Virus record (IMG/VR): IMGVR_UViG_2721755587_000001
Length of the DNA: 64,000 nt
Reading direction: 5' to 3' (one strand)
DNA from: a virus
Lineage: Duplodnaviria > Caudoviricetes
Below the pieces are notes generated by a model that worked only from the letters and a program-made list of their open reading frames with translations, was not told the DNA's origin and made no database searches. Shown here one piece after another: positions 50,053-60,740 of the stretch. Within the stretch, counting starts at the first letter, position 1. Every line of letters begins with the position of its first letter. Position numbers and translations under genes: made by a program.

Positions 50053-50931
50053 GTGGAGGACATGACGCCCACTCTGGGGCCACTTCAGAACAGTTGGGAA
50101 GCCAACGAAGTTGAGGCCGAGCTCAAGCAGGTATTTCTGGACCTGTTTGCGACCTATCTTCGTGGGGACGAGCGGGACCTGAATGTCTATGGTACCGCTC
50201 ATCTCGGCTCACTGGATCTGCTGGCCCGGAGTATCAAGCGGGACGGACTCGCCGTATTCGGCGATGACACCAACGCGGTTCGATACCTGTATCGCGCCTG
50301 GCACGCTCGCAATCCTAAGCGGGGTTTGACCTTCCTTCGAACGTACCTCCAATTGCTCTGGCCGGATGGCTGGCGGGTAGAGCAGATGTGGCAGGACAAG
50401 AGTCAGTCCTACCCAACGAAGCTGGTGGCACGAGGTGAACTAGGGGCCAACCCACACGACACCCACTACCTCACAAGCCGCATAACCGTTTCGATTGATG
50501 ACGACAATGAGACGGGGGTAAGTATCCCGCGAGTGTTGCCGGCGCTACGGTCCGTCATGGCCGCGCGCTTCGTACTCGATATCGAGGTGCTGAAGCGTGC
50601 GGGGAACACCATTAGCGTTGCATCAGGGGCGCTCACGGAGACCTTTGGCTTTTATGATGGGCAGTTGCTGGTGGGAGTGCCACCTCCAAGCCCCTCTCAA
50701 TCTGATCTTTCGATGCTCTACACCGCGCTCGATGTCGGCGCGAAGCTGCCATCCGCTCCAGATTCTCTGCTTCCTTGGTACTCGTGGATCCTGGCTGTGC
50801 CGGGCTGGTCCAGTTCTTGGACAGCTTCCCAGCAGCGAGATGCAATTACGCAAAGGCTCGCGGCCTTCGCGCCATATCTGGACGAACTGCATACGCTTGT
50901 CAACGTGACCTTACCGCAAACCTTCCAGTAG
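50053..50931 (+). CDS. Baseplate/tail protein I-like
   Basis: NPKRGL.FLR.YLQ; follows J-like gene. Confidence 0.5.
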   Translation: MEDMTPTLGPLQNSWEANEVEAELKQVFLDLFATYLRGDERDLNVYGTAHLGSLDLLARSIKRDGLAVFGDDTNAVRYLYRAWHARNPKRGLTFLRTYLQLLWPDGWRVEQMWQDKSQSYPTKLVARGELGANPHDTHYLTSRITVSIDDDNETGVSIPRVLPALRSVMAARFVLDIEVLKRAGNTISVASGALTETFGFYDGQLLVGVPPPSPSQSDLSMLYTALDVGAKLPSAPDSLLPWYSWILAVPGWSSSWTASQQRDAITQRLAAFAPYLDELHTLVNVTLPQTFQ

Positions 50932-51054
50932 GGCCGAGCAGATCGAGCGGTAGGCATCCCGGCGAACTGGATATCGATTTCGGGAAATTGCACGGTTCGG
51001 TGGCTGCCCCAGATTGTTATCTTGCGGCTATTGAGCAAGGGCACTGAAAGAGCT

Positions 51055-53196
51055 ATGAGTAACCCGCTGCAGGACAAGGTAGACCAATTCATCGTGGATG
51101 AGGGTCTCAACCATCAGTATGTGAACGGTGACCAGAACACCCTTGTACAGACAGCCGGTGGCCCGGTGCCGTCAATAGCCAAGCAGGCGAAAGACAATGA
51201 TGCGGCTATCAACGCGGCTGGCTTACTCGGTCAGGTAAACGCGAGTAAGGACGCAGCGCAGTCTGCAATGACAGGTGCTCAGTTTGCTATGACCGGTGCT
51301 CAGGCGGCACGCGATGGCGCGCTGATCCAGGCTGGCGTCTATGTGGATGAGCCGACGGGGCGGGCTGCCGTTGCTGATGGGCAGGCTTTCAAAGTGCAAG
51401 GTTCGGGCGTTATCGCGGCTTTTGAATATAGACGCGTAAATAGTGCGTCCGCAACGCTGATAGCGATCTACCCATCGTCGGCTGCTGTATCTGCTTTGCA
51501 GTCAATCCTTCCGTCTCTCGCACCGTCTGGATATGCGTGGGCACTTACTGATGCGTTCTTTAGTGCCGCTATCGGCGTAAAAACGGACGGCACATTTACC
51601 GCAGTAGTCACGGACATCGCGAACCTCGTGGCCACGGTGAGCCGCATCGGAAACCTCACAACGGCATCCTCACCGCCGGCCGGCTACTCTTATGCCTGGA
51701 TGGATTCCCTTGGGCAAATGGCAGCAGGCATTACAACATCTGGTTCGTTCATTATCTCGAATCTAACGGCGCTGCTTACCTCCATCAATCAACTGAATAT
51801 CGGATCGTCGTCCGTAATATCTGAGCAGAGCACGCCAACTTCCGGAGTGTTCTCGATTAAGGACGGCTTTGGGAGTACGGCTGCGCGGGTTAACGCCGAC
51901 GGTAGCGTTGAGGTGGACACGCTAACCGTGCGAGCCCTAAAGGTCACGAGCGTGAGTGCGCAAAGCCTTGCGGTTGCGGCATCTACCGTTTCAGCGCTCA
52001 TGCCAGACATGCCGCACGTCATCAGCTATGGTCAGTCCCTCGGCGAAGGTGTGAATGCGTTGCCACCCTTGTCGACGGTGCAGAAGTACAACGCAGTCAG
52101 TTTCAATGGGGGAGTTCGCGCACAAGATGGCGGCACCGATCCGGCAGTAACGCACGCAAGCCTCATCCCGATGGTTGAAACGCAGTTCGATACCGGGAAT
52201 GGTGTTGCAGGCGAGACACCATTGTCTGGCATGACGGAGTTCATTCACGAGCGTCTAGTTGCCGAGAATCCCGGCTTCAATGCCTCGGCGATGTCATTGC
52301 TCGGCTCTGCTCCTGGGCAGGGAAGCCAATCGATTGCAAATCTGTCGAAAGGTGGCTCTTATTATCAGCGGCTGCTCAATGACGTATCTTATGGCGTCAG
52401 CCTTGCCAATGCAGCGAGCAAGTTGTATCAAACGACGGCAATAACCTGGACGCAGGGCGAGGCGGATCAGAGTCTCGGCACGTCAGCCAGCGCCTATATC
52501 ACCGCGCTAAACACTCTGCTTGCTAATGTGAATTCGGATGCCGCAGCCGCCAGCGGACAATCCCAAGCCGTTCGCATGATCATGTATCAGATGGGCTCAT
52601 ATAAGGCGCTTGGCGGCACCTACCCAACAATCGCATTTGCGCAGCGAGATGCGTGCCGGCAAAACGCCAATATGTTCCTGGCTTGCCCGATGTACCAGTT
52701 CGATAACTCGGATGCTGGCGTGCACCTGACAAACGTGTCGTCAAGGTGGCTGGGTGCCTACTACGGTCTCGTCTATAAGCGGGTCGTAATCGATGGCCTC
52801 GTCTGGAAACCGACCATGGCGACATCGTGGGTCAGGCAGGGAAAGGTTGCTCTAATCAAGTTCAACGTTCCAGGTGGGGGCCTTGTATTCGATACCTCAT
52901 ATGTGACTGACCCGGGGAACTACGGGTTCTCGCTAGTGGATTCTTCTGGCAATCCGCTGACGATCAGCGGCGTGTCTCTCTTGCAGAACGATACGGTAAA
53001 GATCGTTGCGGCCACCGCGATCCCGGCTGGCGCGAAGTGGCGTTATGGCTGGGGCAATGGGACAGCGAACTACGGCAGGACAGCAGGTCCTCGTGGCTGC
53101 TTGCGGGACAGCATGGGCGACACCATCGTCTATGCAGGCGCGGGGAATCAGCCCATGCACAACTGGGCCATCGTTGACGAACAAATTCTCAATTGA
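51055..53196 (+). CDS. Tail spike-like protein with SGNH/sialate O-acetylesterase domain
   Basis: N-terminal GPVPSIAK attachment-type segment; GQSL, WTQGEAD, D..VH catalytic motifs. Confidence 0.75.
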   Translation: MSNPLQDKVDQFIVDEGLNHQYVNGDQNTLVQTAGGPVPSIAKQAKDNDAAINAAGLLGQVNASKDAAQSAMTGAQFAMTGAQAARDGALIQAGVYVDEPTGRAAVADGQAFKVQGSGVIAAFEYRRVNSASATLIAIYPSSAAVSALQSILPSLAPSGYAWALTDAFFSAAIGVKTDGTFTAVVTDIANLVATVSRIGNLTTASSPPAGYSYAWMDSLGQMAAGITTSGSFIISNLTALLTSINQLNIGSSSVISEQSTPTSGVFSIKDGFGSTAARVNADGSVEVDTLTVRALKVTSVSAQSLAVAASTVSALMPDMPHVISYGQSLGEGVNALPPLSTVQKYNAVSFNGGVRAQDGGTDPAVTHASLIPMVETQFDTGNGVAGETPLSGMTEFIHERLVAENPGFNASAMSLLGSAPGQGSQSIANLSKGGSYYQRLLNDVSYGVSLANAASKLYQTTAITWTQGEADQSLGTSASAYITALNTLLANVNSDAAAASGQSQAVRMIMYQMGSYKALGGTYPTIAFAQRDACRQNANMFLACPMYQFDNSDAGVHLTNVSSRWLGAYYGLVYKRVVIDGLVWKPTMATSWVRQGKVALIKFNVPGGGLVFDTSYVTDPGNYGFSLVDSSGNPLTISGVSLLQNDTVKIVAATAIPAGAKWRYGWGNGTANYGRTAGPRGCLRDSMGDTIVYAGAGNQPMHNWAIVDEQILN

Positions 53197-53204
53197 GGTG
53201 AAGT

Positions 53205-53906
53205 ATGGGTGTTAGCCTACAAATCAATGACGCGCTGTTTAAGTATGCGGTCGCGCAGCAACTCCCGAAGACGGCCAACATTGTCGGCCTATTCAAGCTC
53301 GGCGGCGGCGCAGGTGCGGTGCAGAACAACCTTGTTCCTGGAGCGGCGGCAACGTCGCTAGTCGGGTCGCCGACGATCAACGCCAACTCCATGTCGGGGA
53401 CGTACCTTAACGGCCTGAACACTGGCGTGGCGATGCCTGCAACCTTGACGCTGGCTGCCCTGATGAAGGCACCGGCAGCAGCAAGTGCAGTCGCCATGGG
53501 CAACTATGACGGTGCTGCGCCTAAAGGCGCGTGCTTCTATTTCAATGGCAACCTGAATGGACTCTGTGCCGGCAGTGCAGGGAGCGCGGCGGCCAATGCT
53601 GGATCTTTGGCCGGCTTGACCGCTGGGAGCTATTACTTGATGTACGTGACTTACGACGGCGGCACGTTGGAGGTTGGGTATGTCAACAACGGATCATTCA
53701 CCTCCGCCTCTGCTGCGGGAGTGGTTACCGGGATGCCGTCCAGAAACGTGAGGCTGCTCGCCGACTACGATGCAACGGCCACATTCCCGAATACCATCGA
53801 GATGGCACATGCAGGCGTATGGAATGCCGCGCTTTCGCATTCCGATCTTCTGCTCTACTACAACTATCTCAAGAGCCAGCTTGGGTCAGTGCTAACGATC
53901 GGATAA
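53205..53906 (+). CDS. LamG/concanavalin-like structural protein
   Basis: Beta-rich, G/A-rich; C-terminal VWNAALS. Confidence 0.5.
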   Translation: MGVSLQINDALFKYAVAQQLPKTANIVGLFKLGGGAGAVQNNLVPGAAATSLVGSPTINANSMSGTYLNGLNTGVAMPATLTLAALMKAPAAASAVAMGNYDGAAPKGACFYFNGNLNGLCAGSAGSAAANAGSLAGLTAGSYYLMYVTYDGGTLEVGYVNNGSFTSASAAGVVTGMPSRNVRLLADYDATATFPNTIEMAHAGVWNAALSHSDLLLYYNYLKSQLGSVLTIG

Positions 53907-53977
53907 GCGCCGCATGATACAGAGGGAATCTGCGCCGCTTGTGAAGGGCGCCTTGGCCTTCGCGCGGCTTTGTATGG

Positions 53978-55088
53978 TTACGCATTGGCAGTGACTGGGT
54001 CAGTCTCTGCTGTGGAGCGCTGCGCGGGGAATAGATGATCACGAAGGCGCAGACTTGGCCGTTCAATGGCCTTGGTGATGATGACTGCCAGGATGATCGC
54101 GCCGCCGTATTTCATGGAAAGCTCGACGACTGGCGGGATAGTGCCAAGGCCGGATTTCAGCCACATCCTTTCGAGGGCTCTGAACATGACGAACTGAAAG
54201 ACATACGTGGCATATGAGTAAGTGCCGATCCAAGCCACAAAACTCGCGAGTCTATTCCGCGAGGTGACCGTGCGACCGTCGAGAATCAGGAGCAGGAAGG
54301 CTGCCGCCCCGATGTACGCAATCGAGTATCCATACAGTCGCAATTAGTACCTTTTCAGAATGGGCGAAAACCAAGAAGGAGACGCTAGCTGCCGCAACGG
54401 CCGCCCAAAGCCACTTGTACTTGAGGAGAGATGAGAACATCTCCGGCAAGAAGAACTTCGCGTACGCCAGCAGCACGCCGCAGGCTAGGGAGTCAATTCG
54501 GAACTGCGTCTGAACCTGGAGTGTGTGCGGATCAACGCCAAGTATGCTGCCAGAGACCCGCGCCACCAAGGCGACAACCATTATCCCGGCGAGAACCTTG
54601 GGAACACGCCTAATCTGGGCGACTCCCAGCGAGAACGCTGATGCGAGTAGGGCGAAGAGCAGATAGAAATGCTCCTCGACTGCGAGGCTCCATAGATGAC
54701 TGAGAGGCGTGAGCCAGTAGTTTTGCAAATGGAGAATCGTCTGAGGGACAATCTCCATGGGCTTATATCGGCCAGTCACTACGAGCAGCGCAATATACAA
54801 ATAGAGGACGGGCCATATCTTGAAGGCTCTACGGATCAGGAATCGTCCTGCGGCAAATCCACCAGTCCGCTTTATTTCGCTGAAGATCAGGCCGCCGACG
54901 AGGAACCCGCTTAGCACGAAGAACAGATCAACGCCGGCCCACCCTATTGTCCTGCCAGGCGCCTGCATCCAATCTAGTACAGCGTAGCCAGTATGGACGT
55001 TGAAATGCCAACCAACCGCAAGAAGAATCGCAACCCCACGCGCAAAGTCGAGTTCAATCAGGCGCGGCTGACCGAGTGTGTTTTTCAT
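53978..55088 (-). pseudogene. Acyltransferase-3 (OafA-like O-acetylase), frameshifted near 54332
   Basis: LDFARG.AI, GVDLFFVLSG, RRAFKI, HLWSLAVEEHFY in one frame; G.YSY..Y and IERP..RLR in another. Confidence 0.8.
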
Positions 55089-55245
55089 CTTCAGCAGATT
55101 GAGATCAAGTAGGCCCGCGGCGCGGTCCAATCTGGCAGCGAGTATACGGTGGCTGCGTATTCTGGGATCCCCCAGTTCGGGGGGGTACGCATCTCCACCG
55201 GAGCCGGTTTTCGGCAAATAGCCGCACCAGGGTGGCTTTTTTATC

Positions 55246-55449
55246 TTAGGGCGTCCATGTACGCACCAGTCTTGATTTCAGGGGCCAGGGCCTGAATGCA
55301 AGAATCCAGACGCAGACCAGAGGCCCAAAAATAGGGATCAGGGCTAGATACTCGTAGCCCGACTCGAAGCGGGCCATCCGGAAAACCTTCCGGAATGGGA
55401 AGAACCAGAGCGCCTCGAAGACGAGGAAACCCAGCAGGTAAATGCTCAT
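55246..55449 (-). CDS. Small membrane protein
   Basis: Two hydrophobic segments; LIPIFG...LAF.PWP. Confidence 0.5.
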   Translation of the reverse strand: MSIYLLGFLVFEALWFFPFRKVFRMARFESGYEYLALIPIFGPLVCVWILAFRPWPLKSRLVRTWTP

Positions 55450-55740
55450 AGCGGCCTCATGGTGCAGTGCACACGTTGGAAGCAGTGTACGGCCGGTCTG
55501 CATTCTTTGATCCCCCAATATTGGGGGAGCGTTTGAGTCTGAACTCGAATTGCTCCCCACCCCCTAGCATTTCCTCCATCCAAAGCCGGTTACCGAGTTG
55601 CCCGAATAGGCAGAAACCGAAGTGCAACCACACCCCGGCCAGAGCGGGCATTTTCTTTTCCGGGGTCACAAATGCCCGAACCAATCAGCGCCGGCCCCCC
55701 CCCCGCGCCTGCACTGCGCCCGGCCGCCTGATCTTGCCGC

Positions 55741-56400
55741 TTACTCTGCCGCTTTGGCTCTTGGCGCACGCGGCGCAGCCTCCGCATTCATCCGATCGGC
55801 AGGGTAAGGCTGCATGAAGCTCCTAGCCCGCTCCGGATCCCGGCAGGTCAGCCAGTCGTCCCATTCCGCCCGAGGTACGATGACGATCATTCGCTTTTCC
55901 TTGCCTGGCGCATGGAAGCGGCTCATCAGCGGATGCTTGTCCGAGTTGATCGTTAGCATGGTGAAACTGAATACCTCGGTGCCGGCGTCGCCCGGCCACG
56001 CCCGCCAAAGGCCAGCGATGGCGAAATCCGGCTCGTCCTTCAGCCAGATCCGCCAGCGGACTGACTTGGGCCCGCTCTCGTAGTTGGGTTCATAGAACGC
56101 GCTGGCCGGTACCAAGCAGAGTTGCCCCTTCTTCCATGAACCGGAGAACGAGCGCTTCTCGCCAACCGTCTCCGATCGTGCATTGGTGGTATCGAACTTG
56201 GCCACACCGGGTGGGATTCTGGCCTTCGGCACCATGCCAAAGGTTCCGACCAGCGCTTGGCGCGCGCCGTCGCCGGCGGCCACGATGATTGGCGCTGCGT
56301 AATCCGGCCAGGTCTCTGGCGGATAGTCCAGGGCGGGCGGCTCGACGCCGTAGACGTCACGCAGCAACTGGCGCTGGACAGGGGCGTAGTTATTGCACAA
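55741..56400 (-). CDS. SOS response-associated peptidase (SRAP/YedK)
   Basis: N-terminal MC, NARSET, FYE, FTMLT, H....EKRM. Confidence 0.9.
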   Translation of the reverse strand: MCNNYAPVQRQLLRDVYGVEPPALDYPPETWPDYAAPIIVAAGDGARQALVGTFGMVPKARIPPGVAKFDTTNARSETVGEKRSFSGSWKKGQLCLVPASAFYEPNYESGPKSVRWRIWLKDEPDFAIAGLWRAWPGDAGTEVFSFTMLTINSDKHPLMSRFHAPGKEKRMIVIVPRAEWDDWLTCRDPERARSFMQPYPADRMNAEAAPRAPRAKAAE

Positions 56401-56402
56401 GG

Positions 56403-56738
56403 CTAGTCCCTCCGATTTTTATTGCGAGTGTAGACGCTTTGCTGCGGCGGCCCGAAGAACTCCCGCTCCCATGCCTCCCGTTCCTCGATGCATGGTTCGC
56501 CTTGAATCTCCGCGCGGAATTTGTCGAGAATCTGCATGTGGGAGGCATGGCAGCCGCAGTCGTATGCCTTCTGCAACTGGTTGGCGCGCACCAGCAGTAT
56601 GCGCAAACGATGGATCTCCCACAGGAGCTCGCGGACCTCAGGGCACGGGTTGCGCGCATAGATCGCACGGAGCTCGGCGGCGGTACGCCTCGGATACTCA
56701 TAACGTCCGTCCGGACCAATCGGTAAATTTCGCGTCAT
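56403..56738 (-). CDS. Hypothetical protein (SRAP operon)
   Basis: LLWEIHRLR; 2-bp gap to SRAP. Confidence 0.55.
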   Translation of the reverse strand: MTRNLPIGPDGRYEYPRRTAAELRAIYARNPCPEVRELLWEIHRLRILLVRANQLQKAYDCGCHASHMQILDKFRAEIQGEPCIEEREAWEREFFGPPQQSVYTRNKNRRD

Positions 56739-56741
56739 GAC

Positions 56742-57146
56742 TCAGGATTTCTGGGCTGGCAAGACGCGTTGCGCCTTCTCCGCCACTCGGCGGTGCTTTT
56801 CCTGTGCCTCTTCCCAACTCGATGAGGTGAACACCTTGTCGACGGAGGGGCCCTTCAGATGCGTCAGGAAGACCGGAATATCTCCCCTGGCGTCTGACCA
56901 CGGGCTGAAGCAGGTCCAGACGTGAGCACCTTGGTAGGGCAGGTCAGTTCGGAGCACAAAGCGGCGGAAGCCATCCTTAAGGAAGCGGTAGTGAGAATGT
57001 CCGTCCAGGACGTGTACCGGCCGACCGTTGGGGTCCAGGATGTAGAGGCGCATGGTGAACGGATCTCCATAGGCATCCGGAGTGCCGCCGCGCACCGCAT
57101 GGCGTAGCGCGCGCACCCAAGGCTCTGGGGCATCACTCAGGGTCAT
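56742..57146 (-). CDS. Hypothetical protein (first gene after the LexA box)
   Basis: ATG 57146, 15 nt downstream of the SOS box. Confidence 0.5.
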   Translation of the reverse strand: MTLSDAPEPWVRALRHAVRGGTPDAYGDPFTMRLYILDPNGRPVHVLDGHSHYRFLKDGFRRFVLRTDLPYQGAHVWTCFSPWSDARGDIPVFLTHLKGPSVDKVFTSSSWEEAQEKHRRVAEKAQRVLPAQKS

Positions 57147-57161
57147 TTTGTCAGAAAACCA

Positions 57162-57177
57162 CTGTATGAATGTACAG
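57162..57177. promoter_or_regulatory. LexA (SOS) box
   Basis: CTGTATGAATGTACAG (CTGT-N8-ACAG) upstream of the SRAP operon. Confidence 0.8.
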
Positions 57178-57269
57178 TATAACTCAGCTGGGATGCGGAG
57201 CGGAAAACTAGCCAAGGATGCATGACTGCCGCCGCTGACAATGGGGAAACGGTATCTCCATTGGCTGCT

Positions 57270-58112
57270 ATGCAAACCGAAGTCATTCGCTACAACCTCC
57301 GAGACCGGGGCCGCCAGTTCCGAGGCAAGGAACGCAATTTCGACGTGCCGCGCATCGTTGCAACTGTGAACGGCGGGGCATGCCAGGAGAAGGTGCGTCA
57401 CCGGGACATGTTCGGCTACTTCGGGCACTGGCCCCGGGTGAAGTTCGGCATGAATCCATCGGAAGGTGGCCTGGTGGACGGCAAGCAGGTGGCAGTCGAG
57501 CCGGCCTTGGTAACGATCTCCCTGAAGGCCTTTGACGATGGGACGATCGAGCATCAAGCCGAGTTTCTCGATACGAACGCCGGCCGGCTGGCTCAGCGCC
57601 TGTACGCGAGCAAGGCGGGAGGATTCTCATCCGCCATCGATGAGTTGCGCCCCGAGTTCTACGGTTTTGACTACGTGCTCGAGCCAAACTACACCAAGAA
57701 TCGGGGCTATGACCTGGCGCTGGATGGGGTGCTGGGTACGTTCGATGCTGTCGAGGCGGTAGCCGAGTACCAGGAGCAGATCGCCGGCATCGGCAAACTC
57801 TTGGACTGTGTTCAGCAGGACCGGGACAGGGCGGTGGGCGATCTCGATCGCGCTCTGTCGGTAGTTGGCAGGATGGAGGCGGAGATTGTGCAGCTCCAGT
57901 CCATGCTGATGAAGAAGGGGGCGGCGGCTACCCTGGACTCTATTGGCACGCTTGAATCGGTCATGCCAATCGTGACGGATTCTGACGCTACCCACCGACT
58001 CCAACGGACCATCCAAGGTTTCAGGACCGCAGTCCTGGCACGCATCGATGAGCCTAAGCAGGCTGAAGAGCCGGCCCTAAAAGGGTTTATGAGCCGGCTT
58101 CTGGGCCGCTAG
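57270..58112 (+). CDS. Putative prohead processing protease (P1 Pro-like)
   Basis: GY.GH, GGFSSA, GFDYV.EPNY. Confidence 0.6.
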   Translation: MQTEVIRYNLRDRGRQFRGKERNFDVPRIVATVNGGACQEKVRHRDMFGYFGHWPRVKFGMNPSEGGLVDGKQVAVEPALVTISLKAFDDGTIEHQAEFLDTNAGRLAQRLYASKAGGFSSAIDELRPEFYGFDYVLEPNYTKNRGYDLALDGVLGTFDAVEAVAEYQEQIAGIGKLLDCVQQDRDRAVGDLDRALSVVGRMEAEIVQLQSMLMKKGAAATLDSIGTLESVMPIVTDSDATHRLQRTIQGFRTAVLARIDEPKQAEEPALKGFMSRLLGR

Positions 58113-58114
58113 CA

Positions 58115-58957
58115 ATGCAAGAGACAAAAAAGGCCTTCGGGCACTATCTCGGTGGGTACTACTCGTCCCTCGTGCCGACCACCCCTGCCATGACCGAGTT
58201 CTGTGCTCGCGGGCTGAAGTCATGCATCGTCTACGCACCGGGCCGGATGATCGACGCAGCCGAGGAGATGCTCGCAGCCTGGCGCAGGAACGACAACAAT
58301 GGTCAGCCGGGTAGCAGTGCGTTCCTCCCAGTGATGATCGTGGCATTGGCCAAGGACTACGTACCGGTATCTGGCGATTTTTCGCGCCAGGTTGGTGACG
58401 ACGAATGGATCACAGTGCCGGCAGACGAGAAGGGTCGCATTTTCAAGTTGCGACAGATGCAGGGGGATCGAAGGGCGCAACTGCTGATCGCGGCCGCCGA
58501 GGAGGAGAGCGCCAGGAGCTTGGCAGCTCAGTTTTGCCTCTGGGTGGCCTCCGTTCCCAATCGGCGTTTCTACGCGACATACCGGTTCGCGGGCCTCGAT
58601 CACCAGTGGCCGGTAATGATCGAGAACATCGACACGCCGGCGCAGAGCATCCAGACGGATGAAAAGAACCTCACCCTGCTGGTGGTCGATATCATGCTGC
58701 GCGAATCGATTCCGCTGTTCCGCGCGCCCAAGGGGGATGAGCCGAACGATGGCAAGGGCGATGGTTCGCCGGAGGATCCCAACGGCTATCCATACACCCG
58801 AGTGATCCGCATCACGGACGAGGTGGTGGGCACGGAAATGCAGGTGGACGACACTTACCAGGTGCCCATCTTTGGTGGGGGTGCCATCGCGATCGCCAAC
58901 ACCGACGATGCGTTGACGACGCTCCTCAACTCGACCATGCCAAGCCATAACCTATGA
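58115..58957 (+). CDS. Putative tail completion/structural protein
   Basis: 280 aa in the late operon. Confidence 0.45.
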   Translation: MQETKKAFGHYLGGYYSSLVPTTPAMTEFCARGLKSCIVYAPGRMIDAAEEMLAAWRRNDNNGQPGSSAFLPVMIVALAKDYVPVSGDFSRQVGDDEWITVPADEKGRIFKLRQMQGDRRAQLLIAAAEEESARSLAAQFCLWVASVPNRRFYATYRFAGLDHQWPVMIENIDTPAQSIQTDEKNLTLLVVDIMLRESIPLFRAPKGDEPNDGKGDGSPEDPNGYPYTRVIRITDEVVGTEMQVDDTYQVPIFGGGAIAIANTDDALTTLLNSTMPSHNL

Positions 58958-59430
58958 CCAAGCGTCTCATCCAGGCATCGATCACCGGGTTTGAGGGCGA
59001 GCCGAGAACCGTCTATTCGCTGTATGACCTGGACACGGGTCTCTTGGTCGTCAACAAGGAGGTGGCGTTTCGAGAGGACCGATTTGGCGGTTGCGTGATT
59101 GTCAGCAACGCAGAGTTGCCCGCGCGCGAGGCCCTCTTCACCGTTGATCACTTCCCGGAAGCCATTGAGGCATTCTTCGAGTTGAGCCGGGGGAAGCAGA
59201 TCCACATCGAGGATAAGGCGAGCCGGAGTAACCCTACTCACTGCATCCAGGATGACGGCCTCAGCACCAACGGTGGTCGGACCTACCGGATCAATCCCAA
59301 CACCTTGAATTGCCAGGTGGCCGTCATGGCCACCTGCTGGTATGTCAAGCGGTCACGTACCCTAAACAAGGTCGTGAACATGGCCGATCGCCTGCTTGAG
59401 ATCCAACGCGGCGGCATATTGAGCGTCTGA
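58954..59430 (+). CDS. Hypothetical morphogenesis protein
   Basis: ATGA-coupled in the late operon. Confidence 0.45.
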   Translation: MTKRLIQASITGFEGEPRTVYSLYDLDTGLLVVNKEVAFREDRFGGCVIVSNAELPAREALFTVDHFPEAIEAFFELSRGKQIHIEDKASRSNPTHCIQDDGLSTNGGRTYRINPNTLNCQVAVMATCWYVKRSRTLNKVVNMADRLLEIQRGGILSV

Positions 59431-59507
59431 CCGTTACGGAAAACGCCGAGCTTGGCGCGATAGGGCATTCCCGACAATGACTCCACTAGTCTTAGGAGTC
59501 CGGCGGG

Positions 59508-60728
59508 ATGCCAACTTCCATTCCATTGACACCTACCGTCACCGCAGACGGGCTGACTGCGCTATTCAATGCGCAGAACACAGGTGTCGAACTTGCAATC
59601 ACCCACATCGCACTGGGAACCGGGCAGTATGTGCCCGATGGTACCGAGCACGCGCTGCAGAACGAAAAGCTTCGCCTGCCGATAGCCGGCGGCGGGCGTA
59701 TTTCGCCCACGCAGATCCAGGTCTATGCCAGTGGGCGCGCGAATGCAGGTCAACCATTTTGGTCTGGCGAGATTGGGTTCTACGCCGGAAGCATACTGTT
59801 TGCGGTCTATGGCCGGACGGCTGCGCCTTCGCTGTACGTGTCGGATGAGATTTCGACCACGATATCGTATTCCCTTGGCTTCAAGGCGCTGCCGCCCGAC
59901 AGCATTACCGTCACGGTCGACCCCAATGCAGCCTCGGTACCGCTGCTGATCGGTCAGCACGTCATTGACCCCAATGCGCACCCTCAGTACGCGCCGCTGG
60001 ACAGCCCGACGTTCATCAATACACCACGGGCCCCCACCCAGCCGGCCAGCGACAACAGCACGCTGCTAGCTACGACCGCTTTCGCGCAAGGAGCGATTGC
60101 GGCCGCTATCCTGGCCGATACGATCGGGCGAGTATTTTTCAGTCCGCGCACGACTGCGCCGGCCGGATCCATCAAGCTCAACGGTGTGCTTCTGCTCCGC
60201 GCCAACTATCCCGCTTTGTGGCAGTTTGCGCAGGCGAGCGGGAATCTGGTTTCAGAAGCGGCTTGGCCGGCGAGTCCTGGCAGTTTCTCAACTGGCGATG
60301 GGGCGACGACATTCCGGGTCCCAGAGGTTCGAGGGGAGTTCATTCGTGCGTTGGACGATGCACGCGGTGTCGATTCCGGCCGAATCATAGGGTCCTGGCA
60401 GGGCAGCCAGAATCTGTCCCACGCACACGGAGCGTACGCGGACGTGCAGGGTTACCACTCGCACGGTGCCACTACCTCGTACAACGGGGACCACAACCAC
60501 AGCACCAGTTTCTATCGCAGTTCCTTGAACAACCATTACGGCGGGGAGCCATTAGACCCGGCCCTGAATCCAACAAGCGACCCGATTTACACCAGCACGA
60601 ATGGGGGGCACGTCCACAGCATCATCGGCGATGGCAGCCACAACCACAACATTACGGTGTACGCCGACGGTAGCGGGGAAGCCAGGTCACGAAACGTCGC
60701 CTGGCCGATGTTCATGCGCGCCTATTAA
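59508..60728 (+). CDS. Tail fibre protein with collar domain
   Basis: ITHIALG.G, H.QYAPL.SP.F...P.APT, YP.L, GDG.TTF.VP..RGEFIR..D..RGVD, HxH repeats, RNVA. Confidence 0.9.
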   Translation: MPTSIPLTPTVTADGLTALFNAQNTGVELAITHIALGTGQYVPDGTEHALQNEKLRLPIAGGGRISPTQIQVYASGRANAGQPFWSGEIGFYAGSILFAVYGRTAAPSLYVSDEISTTISYSLGFKALPPDSITVTVDPNAASVPLLIGQHVIDPNAHPQYAPLDSPTFINTPRAPTQPASDNSTLLATTAFAQGAIAAAILADTIGRVFFSPRTTAPAGSIKLNGVLLLRANYPALWQFAQASGNLVSEAAWPASPGSFSTGDGATTFRVPEVRGEFIRALDDARGVDSGRIIGSWQGSQNLSHAHGAYADVQGYHSHGATTSYNGDHNHSTSFYRSSLNNHYGGEPLDPALNPTSDPIYTSTNGGHVHSIIGDGSHNHNITVYADGSGEARSRNVAWPMFMRAY

Positions 60729-60740
60729 GGAGAGCCCATC

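Noticed and set aside
55695-55704. C10 homopolymer as a phase-variation site
   Set aside because: Intergenic, just downstream of SRAP; no frame or promoter link is evident
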